Of a DNA stretch of 64,000 bases, positions 30,722-42,004 are shown one piece after another. Source of the stretch: a virus (taxonomy: Duplodnaviria > Caudoviricetes); the IMG/VR virus record IMGVR_UViG_3300011947_000003, positions 1,487 to 65,486 of that record; one strand, given 5' to 3'. A model generated the notes under the pieces. It was given only the letters and a program-made list of their open reading frames with translations, was not told where the DNA came from and made no database searches. Every line of letters begins with the position of its first letter. Position 1 is the stretch's first letter. The position numbers and the translations under genes were made by a program.

Positions 30722-30887
30722 TTCCGCCCCACTTGATTGTACCAATATCCACTTCTTTAACACCTTTGGATTTCAATTCCTTGATTTCATCATCAGTAAG
30801 ATACTGGAAGCGAATCGTTGTGTCATTCGGATAAACAAAAGTGATGTATTTAAGTGGTTCAGATTTTGGATATTTCAGCGATGTCAT
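30714..30887 (-). CDS. small hypothetical protein (not in the ORF track)
   Basis: Hand translation MTSLKYPKSEPLKYITFVYPNDTTIRFQYLTDDEIKELKSKGV...GGNE*, coupled to the next ATG. Confidence 0.6.
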   Translation of the reverse strand: MTSLKYPKSEPLKYITFVYPNDTTIRFQYLTDDEIKELKSKGVKEVDIGTIKWGGNE

Positions 30888-30902
30888 GGCAATTCTCTAA
30901 TA

Positions 30903-30933
30903 AAAAATCGTGGTTGATGATACCACGATTTTT
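30903..30933. terminator. intrinsic terminator after the tail adhesin operon
   Basis: AAAAATCGTGG-9 nt-CCACGATTTTT. Confidence 0.7.
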
Positions 30934-30960
30934 ACTAAAAACAAATATGATTTAATGTGT

Positions 30961-32532
30961 TTAAGTCAATACTTTCAAATTATCACTATATCGGATGTCA
31001 TCATCTGCAACCTTGGCTGCTATCATATAGTAATAAACATTATTACCCTCAACAGCAACATCATTATATGAATATTGTTTTGTTGTCATCAATGAAATAG
31101 GTAAACTATTCACATTTATTGGATTATTTGATCTATAAATAGTGAATGTGTCTACATCCCCAGCAAACCGCCATGATATAAATACATTATTAGATGTGAT
31201 CAAATTCCAGTTCAATGAAGTTGGTCTATAAATATATACAGTATTTTCATACGGTATTGGAACCCGATTTGATAATATTTTAGATTCAAGATTCTGGTTA
31301 AGATCAACTAATATAATATTATACTTTGTATTAACATCAAGATTATGAATATTATACTTTCCAAATTCTAAGGAATATTCCCCAATAAGATAGTCATCAT
31401 ATGATCTATAACATTTTATCTTAAAGTTGTTGTTCTCACCCTCACAGCCAAGCACGTTAACCGAACCACTTAATGAACCTTTAACCATTGGTAGGGAATT
31501 ACTATTAAACTTTCTTGTATAGTTTTCAGCCTTAATAGTATATTCATCCCACACTAGAGAATTTAAATATACATAACCATTGTCTGACTCACCTTCATTG
31601 TAATAAGAAAAATTTGTTTTAGTCGATTTTATAGATATACTTTTTTTATCTATAGCACCTTCTATAAAAAACTTATAATCAAATGTTTTTATAAGATCAT
31701 GTCGTTCTCCAAACCTTACCTGTTTATTTTGTACATTAGATATATTTTTTATAGATGGTTTATAAGTATGTAAGATGTTAAAAGAAGTTCCAGTTGAAAA
31801 AACCTTTGACACTATATTTGATTTTCCTATAGAAAACGCATTCTTATTATATAAAGTATCCAATATCACGTGTTTTTTATTAGGAGGGAATTTCCCGTTA
31901 ATTGGAATTTGATTGACCGTAATAGGATTGTCATTTTCATTCATTACATCATACAAATTATAATTTAGATCAGCACGTTGATATTCTTTATATCCGTATA
32001 CAAACCTATCATCATAAATTAATTGATTATTACCTAAGAATTCAATATAGAATTTATCAATATTAATCAGTCCGTCGTTTTTTATGAATGTGAATAAAAA
32101 CCTATATCTATTAACACCACTACCAAAGAGTGGAGCAAGTGAAATTATACCAATGATATTATTTTCATCATAATCCACAGTGATACTATTTAAAAACTGA
32201 TCTTTGCTATAATATCTTGCTACAACCATATAATCTGGTTCTACCCCATTTGCAAAATACATACGCCCAAAAGATATAGTGGATGTTTTCTTAGGGGTTA
32301 AACTAGAAATAGTTAATCCCACCATACCTTCAGGTGTATATTCAAAATAAGAATCCCAACCTTTTTCCAAAGTAAATCCAAATGATCCATCATCGTAACC
32401 AGTTTGAATATGATATCTTGTTGGATTTACTAATTTAGATAATAAATCATTATAAGCAGCATCTAAATTCGGCGCATTAGATTGTAATATAGTCTTCGAG
32501 AATTTTGAATATATTTCATTATCCATTAACAA
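30961..32532 (-). CDS. tail fibre/adhesin-associated protein with conserved anchor-like domain and FN3-like C-terminus
   Basis: C-terminal segment homologous to the end of 33917..39568; W...FTIYRS...YYYMIAA. Confidence 0.65.
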   Translation of the reverse strand: MLMDNEIYSKFSKTILQSNAPNLDAAYNDLLSKLVNPTRYHIQTGYDDGSFGFTLEKGWDSYFEYTPEGMVGLTISSLTPKKTSTISFGRMYFANGVEPDYMVVARYYSKDQFLNSITVDYDENNIIGIISLAPLFGSGVNRYRFLFTFIKNDGLINIDKFYIEFLGNNQLIYDDRFVYGYKEYQRADLNYNLYDVMNENDNPITVNQIPINGKFPPNKKHVILDTLYNKNAFSIGKSNIVSKVFSTGTSFNILHTYKPSIKNISNVQNKQVRFGERHDLIKTFDYKFFIEGAIDKKSISIKSTKTNFSYYNEGESDNGYVYLNSLVWDEYTIKAENYTRKFNSNSLPMVKGSLSGSVNVLGCEGENNNFKIKCYRSYDDYLIGEYSLEFGKYNIHNLDVNTKYNIILVDLNQNLESKILSNRVPIPYENTVYIYRPTSLNWNLITSNNVFISWRFAGDVDTFTIYRSNNPINVNSLPISLMTTKQYSYNDVAVEGNNVYYYMIAAKVADDDIRYSDNLKVLT

Positions 32533-32533
32533 C

Positions 32534-33877
32534 TTACTCTATCGTCAGTTTAATATAATTTTTCGTTGTATTAGTTGTACTACTTTGGCACGAATGAAGA
32601 TACTCATAATATTTATCACCATCTATTTCATACACCCCGCCATCTCCATTTCCATTCGAACCCATATTATTACAACACCATTTAATATGATGCAACTTTC
32701 CATAATATGTGGAATTAATATATGTGCGGGCTGAAGTTAAAATTGCATCACAAAAATATATAGCGTTATTAACTTTATTTGGAGTTGATAAACATGCGCC
32801 GAATGGATAACCACTCAAACTTGGTGCAATATTTAACTCAGCAGACCTTCTCATTCGATCATAAATACCGCTTCCATTATCATATATAATGCTTTGTATA
32901 TACATTTCATAATAATCATAACCCTCATTAGATTCAAATAAGAGATTTGAGTCATTATGATATGGATAAGTACCTGATGAGAACAGATTATATTTTAGGA
33001 ATGATGAATCCGTGTCATATCCATTATACCCATGAGAAAACAACACGCCATTTTTAATTTCTGGATTAAGTGATTCGAATCCACCAATAATATATACAAA
33101 TTTAGCGCGCTGATCAAAAGTATCATTTAATATAATATACATACATACTTCATCAGCAAAAATTTTATAAGTTGTTTCTAGTGAAGGCGATGAAGTATTA
33201 GTTAAATATTGACTGGTATCGATTTTAGTATACCGTATATAAGCAGGGGAAAAATTATTATTCACCACATTGAACACTTGATCCGGCCTATTAGGAGTAA
33301 CTGGATATGTTCTTTCTATGGAAGAATATAAACTATCAAAATTACCAGACATCGTGACGCGGGCGCATTTAAACCACTTTTCATTTTCACTATCCTTGAC
33401 TATTGGAGGATTAGTTAATTCACGAATATCCCGATCATCAATACGATATTCCATTCCCCCAACAAATTTTATAACAGTGATTTTTTCAGAAAGACCGCCA
33501 TGTTTACGAGTGAATCCTGCATTATGAATTTTCATCTTAATGCTTGCTGATTCATCAGTTGGGATATTAGAAGTGATATCACTTCTATAACAAATCATAT
33601 ATTTTTCTACTGAGTTAATAACTTCAATAAAAAAGCTTTTGTTATATTCAGGATAAGTGGAACCCGTAATATCAATTGTTTGTAAAACAGCATATGGACA
33701 TGTATCACCAGCATAATAGATTTTAATTGTATGAGCTTTTGACTCTGAATAATTTTCTATTCGAGTAATTATATGTTGTGATCCACCATCTATAATATAG
33801 TTAATTACCTTGTTTAAACTACCATACTCATTTTTTATTTTAGGTGCTTCGAATGAAGCACTGGTGTATAAATACAT
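32534..33877 (-). CDS. virion/tail structural protein (paralogue of 39561..40943)
   Basis: SASFEAPKI..YGSLNKVI..II.GG matches SEDFDAPQL..YGYLNNLF..LVEG. Confidence 0.7.
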   Translation of the reverse strand: MYLYTSASFEAPKIKNEYGSLNKVINYIIDGGSQHIITRIENYSESKAHTIKIYYAGDTCPYAVLQTIDITGSTYPEYNKSFFIEVINSVEKYMICYRSDITSNIPTDESASIKMKIHNAGFTRKHGGLSEKITVIKFVGGMEYRIDDRDIRELTNPPIVKDSENEKWFKCARVTMSGNFDSLYSSIERTYPVTPNRPDQVFNVVNNNFSPAYIRYTKIDTSQYLTNTSSPSLETTYKIFADEVCMYIILNDTFDQRAKFVYIIGGFESLNPEIKNGVLFSHGYNGYDTDSSFLKYNLFSSGTYPYHNDSNLLFESNEGYDYYEMYIQSIIYDNGSGIYDRMRRSAELNIAPSLSGYPFGACLSTPNKVNNAIYFCDAILTSARTYINSTYYGKLHHIKWCCNNMGSNGNGDGGVYEIDGDKYYEYLHSCQSSTTNTTKNYIKLTIE

Positions 33878-33916
33878 GCCGTATTATCTCCATTATTTTT
33901 ATTTATTTAAGCCTAT

Positions 33917-36900
33917 TTACTCAACAGACTTTGGTATGCGGTTACTCATTGATATTGATTCATACCTATCTGATCTATCAAATAGTATCGCATCATATGC
34001 AGTATTACAGTCTAGATTCTTGATATCACAGTAATCCCCTGTAAAGTCATACTCTCCAATAAAATAACCATCACGACGGCGAACCAACCGTACACAGTAG
34101 TTTGAATCCTTACACTGGTTAACCGCACTCATATAATATGTTAATGAACCTAATTTCATTTTCTGTTTCGGAATTGGATATGTAATTCCAAGTTCATATA
34201 AACTAACAACATAATCATCTATATATAATGGATTGATACCATCAAAATAAAACCGATCAACACCAGATGTTAATACAATATTATTATGTTTGTTTATAAT
34301 TCTATATTTTGCATTTGGATAACCTTCAGTAAATCCATCAATAATATAATCACCAGCATCATATACTTGATATTCTTCAATATCATCATAAGCACTTAAT
34401 TCTTCTAATTCCAAAGATTCCTGTGATATTGACGGAATATTATATGTAAATTGATCATCTGGTTTAACATCATATACAGTCAAATGATCCCCTATCAAAC
34501 CATCATATTCATCAAATAAAGTTACTTGATTTGAACTTACTGGATTGGCTGATAAGGATGCTATGTGTTCATTTATTGTAAGATGAACATTTGATTCAGT
34601 CCTGTTAATATTGAAGTTTGCAGTGGTAACATCATCAGTGATTAATACTTCATCCATAGTAGATGTATTAGTAAACTTATAGTTAACTGTTGATGATGTT
34701 TCAACGGGTGCTTCTTCAAGTAAAGCCAAATCGCTTGTATTTCTTAAAATTTTGACTGAATAAATTGTGCCGTTAAAAAATAAATCAGTTCCAAATGATT
34801 TACTGATATACGTATTATCACCATAATTAAAATTAACGTTGTTAATATTATTTAAAGTCATAGTTTGAATTTCATCATTTAATATCATAGATATATTACC
34901 ATTTGATGAAATTATTTTAAAATCATATATAACATTAGGCTGCATATCATTATTTGATCGTATTTGATAATATACTACTTGTGATGACGCATTTGTGATT
35001 CCAAATTCTAATTTAAATGGAGAAGAATTATCCAGACCATTAACAGCTATATATGCTCTATTATAAGTAGTGTCAGCATTATTATTTAATAATAATACAT
35101 TTTGTGTTGGTTTTTCATTAATTTTAAACTTAATATTAATAATAAAATCATCATTACCAAAATTCAGTAAATCATTTTTACCTAATTGTAAATACTGATC
35201 GACTCCATTAAAAGTGCAACAATATTGACCATCCTTAAAATCTCTCTTTTTGATATTAGCCGGATGTATTACACATTTATTATTATTATCTTTGAATAGA
35301 TATGATTTACCTGTTGGATTGAAATCCAAATCAAGAATCTTTCTACCATCATATAATTCTGGTTGAACACTTGTCCCAACAAACATCTTGAAATTTGACA
35401 TATATCCATTAAATGCTGCCGGTGGATACCACAAGCATACACCCAAAGATGTAACCCCATAATCCAAATTAATATTTAAATTTGTGAAATTAAAATTTAG
35501 CTTAGTACCATTTAATAAGAATTCTATCTTATTATTCTTTCTATAAAATTTTAAATTATAGAACTTTCCTTCATCAATTGTTACGTCACTAGAATAACCA
35601 TCTGAACCTTTTTGTATTGAAATTTTATTATTCAAAATCTCAATAAAAAATGTATTAGTTGAATGAAAGCCGCTATTTGAATTAGATAATAAGAAATTTT
35701 CTGTTGCTAACGCAATAGCATAAAAATCAAATTCTATATAGAAATCACTATTTGCGCCAAGATTAAAAATATTATTACTATTAATCGTCAAGTATTTTCC
35801 GTTTTCAAACTTAATGCACTTTTTAGATTCAATTTCTGCATAAGATGGATTACCCACACTATTAACAACCAATGGAGTAAAACCAAGATTACTGGTGTTT
35901 GACTGTAATGGTAAATGTACTGCTGGCCGATCAATTTCAAAGTTCACATGTGACAAATATACTTTTTTACTCACCTTTTCTAAAATAAAGGCTGAACTAC
36001 ATGATGAGTAGTTTTCTGTAGCATATAAATTTGATACTCGAATTGATTTTGCATCTGATAAATCAACATTGAATACAAAGCTACCATTTACATTATTTGT
36101 GCGTGTTGGATCACTTACATATTCAATTTTATCTTCCTTGAAGTATAAATCGCCATATGATGCGGGATAACTACCAATAATAGGCGCTCTTGTTAAACTA
36201 GATAAGTTTGTTCCATAGTAAATATAATGTGAGTATGTAAGCTCTCTAACCCATTTCAGGGCAGCGATTACATTATTATTAGAATTTAAAATTTCAATCG
36301 TCACAAGGATATCTGATCCGTCATAACAACCATTAGAAGCAGAAACTTTAAACTGTTTATTTAAAACGCTTCGGTTAATTATAATTGGTTCTGATCCTTT
36401 TCTGGCTTCTACATATCCATTAGAACCAATGGTTGCACTGTAAATCAATGCGCCAAAACCAATAGTATTTTTATAATAATCATTATAAGTAGTAGCCGAT
36501 GTATTAGTGAAGTCATATTTACCTGATGTAGTAGAATCATATGCTGCAACAGCTTGAATCCATATCCCTTCATCACCCTCACTATTATCCACATTCATAT
36601 CTACTGCAATATCATCTTTAATTGATTTAAAATTGTCTATATAGCCAACCATAGATGTGCCAATCCCAAAGCTATCGGCCCTACCTAGACACATCTTATC
36701 ACCAGCAACAAAATTGAATGTTTGATTAGTTAGATTATGTACACACATTAAAACATCATTATACTTCAAAAATAAATTTGAATTCTTTCTGATAATTTTT
36801 CTATTATAATACGTATTTGCGACAATATTATCTAAATTCGTTGTAGATGGGTTGGTTGGTCTATTAGAATAATCAAATCCTAGATGATTACTAGCCACCA

Positions 36901-39568
36901 TCCATATTGCAGATATATCCCCATAATAGACATTATTCGTTAAAGAATATCTTGAACCAGATGATACATCCGATAAATTTATATCATATTCCATAGAGAA
37001 ATTACCATTCCCAAAATTCAAGTTTGGTGAATTGGTTGATATAGTAGTTTCTCCATTAAAAAAGGCTGCATATCCATCTACTGAATTTGCTTGATCATAG
37101 GTAGCTGTAGAAGTTTCCCACACTGAATTCCTATTTTTATCTTGTAAATTATTATTAAAATCAAGTTCAATGATACCTATTGTATCTTTTGGAAAAATAC
37201 TAACACCTTTATAAGCCTTAAAATAGTTAATATATCCCCATAATCCAGCAGCATAATAATAAGACAACCCCCCAATAACCGTCCCAACGCCTTCAGGTGA
37301 CAAATTAATAGGTTTAGTATATTTAGCCTTATTATCAAGCTTATTATTAATAAACAGATATAAGTAACCACCATTGCTTACCACATCCACTTTATAAGGT
37401 TTATTTAGTTCTATTGTGGTTTTGGATATTAAAATATTTTCATTGTAATCAAGCCCAGTCAAAAGTTTATTTTCGAGTTTATACCCTAAATCACCTTCAT
37501 TAAAAAATGATAGTTTATTTGCCAGCAGAGGAATAGATGTATATTGACTCCCCATAACTGAAAAGTACCAAAGTATATCTTTTTGTTCAGAAGGATTATT
37601 AACCGCACTACCAATTAGAGTACAATATAGTGTATCTACAAGCTTTATGAATTCGAATGATAATGTCCAATCATCCAGACCCAAATTCAAATCAGCATTA
37701 GTAGATTTAAGTAGAACGTTTGATTCAGTTGGTTCTTTTTTTAAATATGAATAACCAGATTGAAAAACATTATTATTCTTTAAAAAGACTAATTCTGTTG
37801 TATTAGTATATGTACCAGTTACAATCCAGTTTGCTTTTGATTTACCATTATCAATAAGTTTAGTTTGATATTTATTTGCATCAAATGATAGATCAACACT
37901 TAAATATTCTTCATATGGATCAGCATTTCTAACCTTAGTTGCAACACCATCGTATATTTTAATATTATCGATGATGCCTTTGGTTTGTATTTGATATTGA
38001 GAATATGAAGGTACTACACTATATAAAAATTTAAAAGGTTCAGAATTATTCCAAATAAATCCATTATCAGTACACAATACCATATCTAATTTATCATCAA
38101 TAAATATACGTATAGCATTCCCATCATATGCAATGGTGTATTTGTGAATCTCATTTAATCCTATATTTTTAGAACCTACATTAGATGTAGTATCATTAAT
38201 AACACCCCCACCATACAGTTGTCTTTCATAATGAAGTTTATTACCAATTACCATATTGACAGATAAAAACTGATCTCCCGATCCCGCGTTATTATTTTTA
38301 CTATAAAGTGGAAGAAGTCTAATATTAGCATCAGCATATCCAGCTTGATCAATTAACAAAGCGTAAAATTCAATAGTGTATGGTGTACTACCACCAGTAA
38401 TGACACGACTTTCAGTATATAATACATCCGTTAATGATTTAGTTTCAAAACTATATTCATCAAATATTTTATTAGTAGTCAGTGCTGCTGTACCAACAGT
38501 TTTCCATGTAGTAGTTTCTATTTTATCAATAAGCCCATTTTCAAAATCCAATGATGTTGTAAGATAATCACTATATATATCGACAGGGGGTGGTACTGTT
38601 TCTAAACTAACTCTGATTTCATATTCACCATTCTTAAACAACAGTGCATTGTCAAATGACTTATCAAGGTTAATAGTATAATTAATATCATACGTTGACC
38701 CATTAATATTAATTGGATCAATAGCATCGATTTTAAAATCTGATCCAGACTTAGTATAATTCACATTCACATTCAGTTTATTAACTACATCAAAGTTAGA
38801 ATATATAATGTTATTCACTACACCCTTGTTAGAGAAATTAAAATCAAGCAGTTTATTATAATTATTAGTAGTATAATCCTTATGTTCTCTATGCTGATAC
38901 ATACCTTCTGTTGAAGATATTATATTAGTCATATAACCATCCAACCCTACATTTGGGGTAGATGTAGAATTGGTTAATATCTCATGACCAAGAATATGAT
39001 AATAATCACCAGATGGAATTAACACAAAAGCTTTCACTACTGCTGCTAAATCAAATTTTGAAATTTGTTCCCCATTTATATTAAGGAGTAACCCTTCAGA
39101 ATTCAAAGTTAGAAGTAAGTTGTATTTGCTATTGACAGTATATACATAATCACATTCAAATCTATATCCCCCAAAAGATATAATGAATCCAGATAACTTA
39201 GTTTCCAATTTAAACACAGATGAATTGATATTTGAATCATTAGATGTGATTGTGTACAGCACATTTCTTTTTGCTGATCTTGGTATGAAATCTAATTCGA
39301 TTTGAATGGTATTACCTGAACGATATTTTAATTTAGAATTCGTCCTCAATACTTTATTTTTACCATCCATATCTATATAATAAGCGCCTTGTATATCTAC
39401 AGATTTAAAACCAGATATAACATAATAATCATTATTAGATTTGTACAAATCTAACGTAGATTTCAATGATAGTGTAGCTGCATTTGTAGGTGAATTAATT
39501 CCCTGAAAAGTATTCTGATCTGATGTGATATATAAACTAATATCAGTTGCATTTATTTTATTAGTCAT
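33917..39568 (-). CDS. giant tail adhesin / receptor-binding protein with multiple ConA/LamG-like domains
   Basis: 1883 aa, N/S/T/Y-rich; repeated LDF...WT(I/L)(E/S)F...GY(I/M).N(F/I)K.Y.G modules. Confidence 0.75.
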   Translation of the reverse strand: MTNKINATDISLYITSDQNTFQGINSPTNAATLSLKSTLDLYKSNNDYYVISGFKSVDIQGAYYIDMDGKNKVLRTNSKLKYRSGNTIQIELDFIPRSAKRNVLYTITSNDSNINSSVFKLETKLSGFIISFGGYRFECDYVYTVNSKYNLLLTLNSEGLLLNINGEQISKFDLAAVVKAFVLIPSGDYYHILGHEILTNSTSTPNVGLDGYMTNIISSTEGMYQHREHKDYTTNNYNKLLDFNFSNKGVVNNIIYSNFDVVNKLNVNVNYTKSGSDFKIDAIDPININGSTYDINYTINLDKSFDNALLFKNGEYEIRVSLETVPPPVDIYSDYLTTSLDFENGLIDKIETTTWKTVGTAALTTNKIFDEYSFETKSLTDVLYTESRVITGGSTPYTIEFYALLIDQAGYADANIRLLPLYSKNNNAGSGDQFLSVNMVIGNKLHYERQLYGGGVINDTTSNVGSKNIGLNEIHKYTIAYDGNAIRIFIDDKLDMVLCTDNGFIWNNSEPFKFLYSVVPSYSQYQIQTKGIIDNIKIYDGVATKVRNADPYEEYLSVDLSFDANKYQTKLIDNGKSKANWIVTGTYTNTTELVFLKNNNVFQSGYSYLKKEPTESNVLLKSTNADLNLGLDDWTLSFEFIKLVDTLYCTLIGSAVNNPSEQKDILWYFSVMGSQYTSIPLLANKLSFFNEGDLGYKLENKLLTGLDYNENILISKTTIELNKPYKVDVVSNGGYLYLFINNKLDNKAKYTKPINLSPEGVGTVIGGLSYYYAAGLWGYINYFKAYKGVSIFPKDTIGIIELDFNNNLQDKNRNSVWETSTATYDQANSVDGYAAFFNGETTISTNSPNLNFGNGNFSMEYDINLSDVSSGSRYSLTNNVYYGDISAIWMVASNHLGFDYSNRPTNPSTTNLDNIVANTYYNRKIIRKNSNLFLKYNDVLMCVHNLTNQTFNFVAGDKMCLGRADSFGIGTSMVGYIDNFKSIKDDIAVDMNVDNSEGDEGIWIQAVAAYDSTTSGKYDFTNTSATTYNDYYKNTIGFGALIYSATIGSNGYVEARKGSEPIIINRSVLNKQFKVSASNGCYDGSDILVTIEILNSNNNVIAALKWVRELTYSHYIYYGTNLSSLTRAPIIGSYPASYGDLYFKEDKIEYVSDPTRTNNVNGSFVFNVDLSDAKSIRVSNLYATENYSSCSSAFILEKVSKKVYLSHVNFEIDRPAVHLPLQSNTSNLGFTPLVVNSVGNPSYAEIESKKCIKFENGKYLTINSNNIFNLGANSDFYIEFDFYAIALATENFLLSNSNSGFHSTNTFFIEILNNKISIQKGSDGYSSDVTIDEGKFYNLKFYRKNNKIEFLLNGTKLNFNFTNLNINLDYGVTSLGVCLWYPPAAFNGYMSNFKMFVGTSVQPELYDGRKILDLDFNPTGKSYLFKDNNNKCVIHPANIKKRDFKDGQYCCTFNGVDQYLQLGKNDLLNFGNDDFIINIKFKINEKPTQNVLLLNNNADTTYNRAYIAVNGLDNSSPFKLEFGITNASSQVVYYQIRSNNDMQPNVIYDFKIISSNGNISMILNDEIQTMTLNNINNVNFNYGDNTYISKSFGTDLFFNGTIYSVKILRNTSDLALLEEAPVETSSTVNYKFTNTSTMDEVLITDDVTTANFNINRTESNVHLTINEHIASLSANPVSSNQVTLFDEYDGLIGDHLTVYDVKPDDQFTYNIPSISQESLELEELSAYDDIEEYQVYDAGDYIIDGFTEGYPNAKYRIINKHNNIVLTSGVDRFYFDGINPLYIDDYVVSLYELGITYPIPKQKMKLGSLTYYMSAVNQCKDSNYCVRLVRRRDGYFIGEYDFTGDYCDIKNLDCNTAYDAILFDRSDRYESISMSNRIPKSVE

Positions 39569-40943
39569 AATTTTTCCAATCTTCGTATTCTAAGCTAAAG
39601 GCGTATGTAAATAGTGCTGTTTCACCACCACTATTCTTACATGCATTATGATCTATTATCATATATCTTTTTTTAGAACTATTATTTTTCAATTCAATAA
39701 TTTTATCTCGAATGAATTTCGTTCTTTGATTCATCCACTTCACTGATGGTAAAAATCCAATACTTGTTGAATCTTCCAATATAGTAAAATTATTAAATTG
39801 TATCTTTCCGTTTAAATCATATGAATTATTTATATAGCCACTAATGAACACTGAACTGTTAGGTGATACTGATCCAACCGAATTACCCACAGATATATTT
39901 GGGTTGTAAATTCCCTTTTTATCTTGCTTCTCAAGGATTACTAAAGATGGATAAAGACTCTGATATGAAGATTTATTGTTACTTATAGAGTCTACACCAT
40001 AGGGATGAAATGCATACGGATTATCATATAACGCTCCATTCCATCCACCTGTAGATTTTGCAAATAATAGATAATTAAGATTATTCCGTGTAGATTCAAA
40101 CTTTCCAAAGCCATGAATCATTTTAGTTATATAATTTGAATTATTAGTCTTATTATAATAGATGTACCAAAAGAATCTACCATTTCCTATGATCTTCCAT
40201 TTTGCAGGGTTTTTATTGTTAGTTACACTAGATTTAGAATTATAACCATTGGTATCCAACCCAGTATACGAAACAAAATGTTGAATACCCTTTCTAGGAT
40301 AAGATGAATTATACACCCACTCTGTTTTATATTTATTTGGATTATCTGCATCGTATGGGGCAATAAGTTTTCCAGTTTCAGTATTAATATCTGACATACC
40401 ATCTGTCATATATACAATTGGACAAATATATGGTGGGATAGTAGCAGATGTTACCAAAGATTGCCAACCTGTCGGGGTTATATCATCCACCACAAAGAAA
40501 CATTCTTCTTTATCCTGATCAATCACATAAGCACTTTTATCACCAGCTTCATTTCTAAACTTTTCACGAAAACCCAATGGTGCGACAATAGTTTTACCAG
40601 ATAAGTTATTTTGGGATGTATTAATAGCCATATATAAATCTGTGTAATAACGACATACAATTGATGTTGATGTAGTAGAAATAACCAGACATTCGGCATG
40701 CAAAGCATCACTATTTACGTCAGAAATCTTAATAACTTGATCTTTATTATACTTGTGTTCTGAAGCGAATGTGAATTCCACTTCACGATCCCCAATGACC
40801 TGATATGAAGTTAAATCTAACCGCTGATTATATCCCTCAACCAGACATTTTCGGAATAGATTATTCAGATAGCCATATTTATCACCATAGAGTTGTGGCG
40901 CATCAAAATCTTCGCTCGACATAACTTTAGGATTTCGGGACAT
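39561..40943 (-). CDS. virion/tail structural protein
   Basis: SSEDFDAPQL...CLVEGY, APLGF, WKIIGNGRFF motifs typical of tail-associated proteins of proteobacterial phages. Confidence 0.7.
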   Translation of the reverse strand: MSRNPKVMSSEDFDAPQLYGDKYGYLNNLFRKCLVEGYNQRLDLTSYQVIGDREVEFTFASEHKYNKDQVIKISDVNSDALHAECLVISTTSTSIVCRYYTDLYMAINTSQNNLSGKTIVAPLGFREKFRNEAGDKSAYVIDQDKEECFFVVDDITPTGWQSLVTSATIPPYICPIVYMTDGMSDINTETGKLIAPYDADNPNKYKTEWVYNSSYPRKGIQHFVSYTGLDTNGYNSKSSVTNNKNPAKWKIIGNGRFFWYIYYNKTNNSNYITKMIHGFGKFESTRNNLNYLLFAKSTGGWNGALYDNPYAFHPYGVDSISNNKSSYQSLYPSLVILEKQDKKGIYNPNISVGNSVGSVSPNSSVFISGYINNSYDLNGKIQFNNFTILEDSTSIGFLPSVKWMNQRTKFIRDKIIELKNNSSKKRYMIIDHNACKNSGGETALFTYAFSLEYEDWKNYD

Positions 40944-41035
40944 CGCAATACCATCATTTTTATTCTTTATAAATATATTTATGCGAAGTTGAAATGGTCA
41001 ACGATGTGCTATTTACTATTGTAGAGTGAATTAAA

Positions 41036-41557
41036 ATGATTAACAAAAAAGAAAGATTACAGGCGTGTCTTGATCACCTGAATACTGTTGAAGAAAAATA
41101 TAAATCATATTATAGCCCTATGGCATGGTTACAGGAACAAATCACTATATGTGATATTACCCCACGACAAACAGGTGCTACATCAGCAATTGCTGAACTA
41201 TTTGATCCAGCGCATGATTTATATGTGTCATTCAATTACAGTATGGTTAAAGAATTTAATCTTAGGTTGAAAGATTTGGGTAAATTGTCAAATAGCAAAA
41301 GTATAAATTATATATACTTACAGGCAATACCTAGCAGTAATGAAAAACTAATAACTGAATTGGCTGAAAAATTAGAAATTGATCTTCCACAGAATCTTAA
41401 ATTTGAATTTCCTCAATCGATTCGTGGTAAAAGAGTTGATGGTATTGTGTGGATAGATATCGGTCAATTTGGATTATTCAAATATAATGTTATGGTATAC
41501 GACATGATTAAATTCATATATAACATATATCCCAATGTGAAATTCATCATCTGTTAA
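41036..41557 (+). CDS. hypothetical protein with degenerate P-loop
   Basis: PRQTGATS where PRQxGKT is expected. Confidence 0.5.
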   Translation: MINKKERLQACLDHLNTVEEKYKSYYSPMAWLQEQITICDITPRQTGATSAIAELFDPAHDLYVSFNYSMVKEFNLRLKDLGKLSNSKSINYIYLQAIPSSNEKLITELAEKLEIDLPQNLKFEFPQSIRGKRVDGIVWIDIGQFGLFKYNVMVYDMIKFIYNIYPNVKFIIC

Positions 41558-41583
41558 AAAAAGGAACCAAAAGGTTCCTTTTT
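41558..41583. terminator. bidirectional intrinsic terminator
   Basis: AAAAAGGAACC-AAAA-GGTTCCTTTTT, identical to 60747-60772. Confidence 0.8.
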
Positions 41584-41998
41584 ATCCTTTCATCTTCCAC
41601 ATATCTAGAATGACTGTTAAGAATAATGTCCCCACCACAATGATTATAAAATTAAAAATCAACATATAATGACTATCAACCATATAATTTAAACACACAT
41701 CTGCAATACCCATAAAAAATAATGATGCGAAAAAATAGAAAGGTGATGAGAAATATAAATTCTTATCCATTACCTTCAATACATCTTTATTTGAATAGTT
41801 ACCCTTCCCATATTCCTTATCTAGTAAATCAATCACATGACGGCGGAATTGGCTTCGAGTGCGGTACTTTTGATAGGTTCGCAAAGTATCAAAATGATTC
41901 AATACAAACATCAAAGCAGCTTCACTATTAGCAAGATATTTTGTATTTTTGATTTCCATTTCTGATTTAACTAAATTAAATTTTTCATTTAATGACAT
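41582..41998 (-). CDS. two-TM membrane protein (paralogue family)
   Basis: Helical N-terminus plus two C-terminal TM helices. Confidence 0.6.
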   Translation of the reverse strand: MSLNEKFNLVKSEMEIKNTKYLANSEAALMFVLNHFDTLRTYQKYRTRSQFRRHVIDLLDKEYGKGNYSNKDVLKVMDKNLYFSSPFYFFASLFFMGIADVCLNYMVDSHYMLIFNFIIIVVGTLFLTVILDMWKMKG

Positions 41999-42004
41999 TT
42001 GAAA

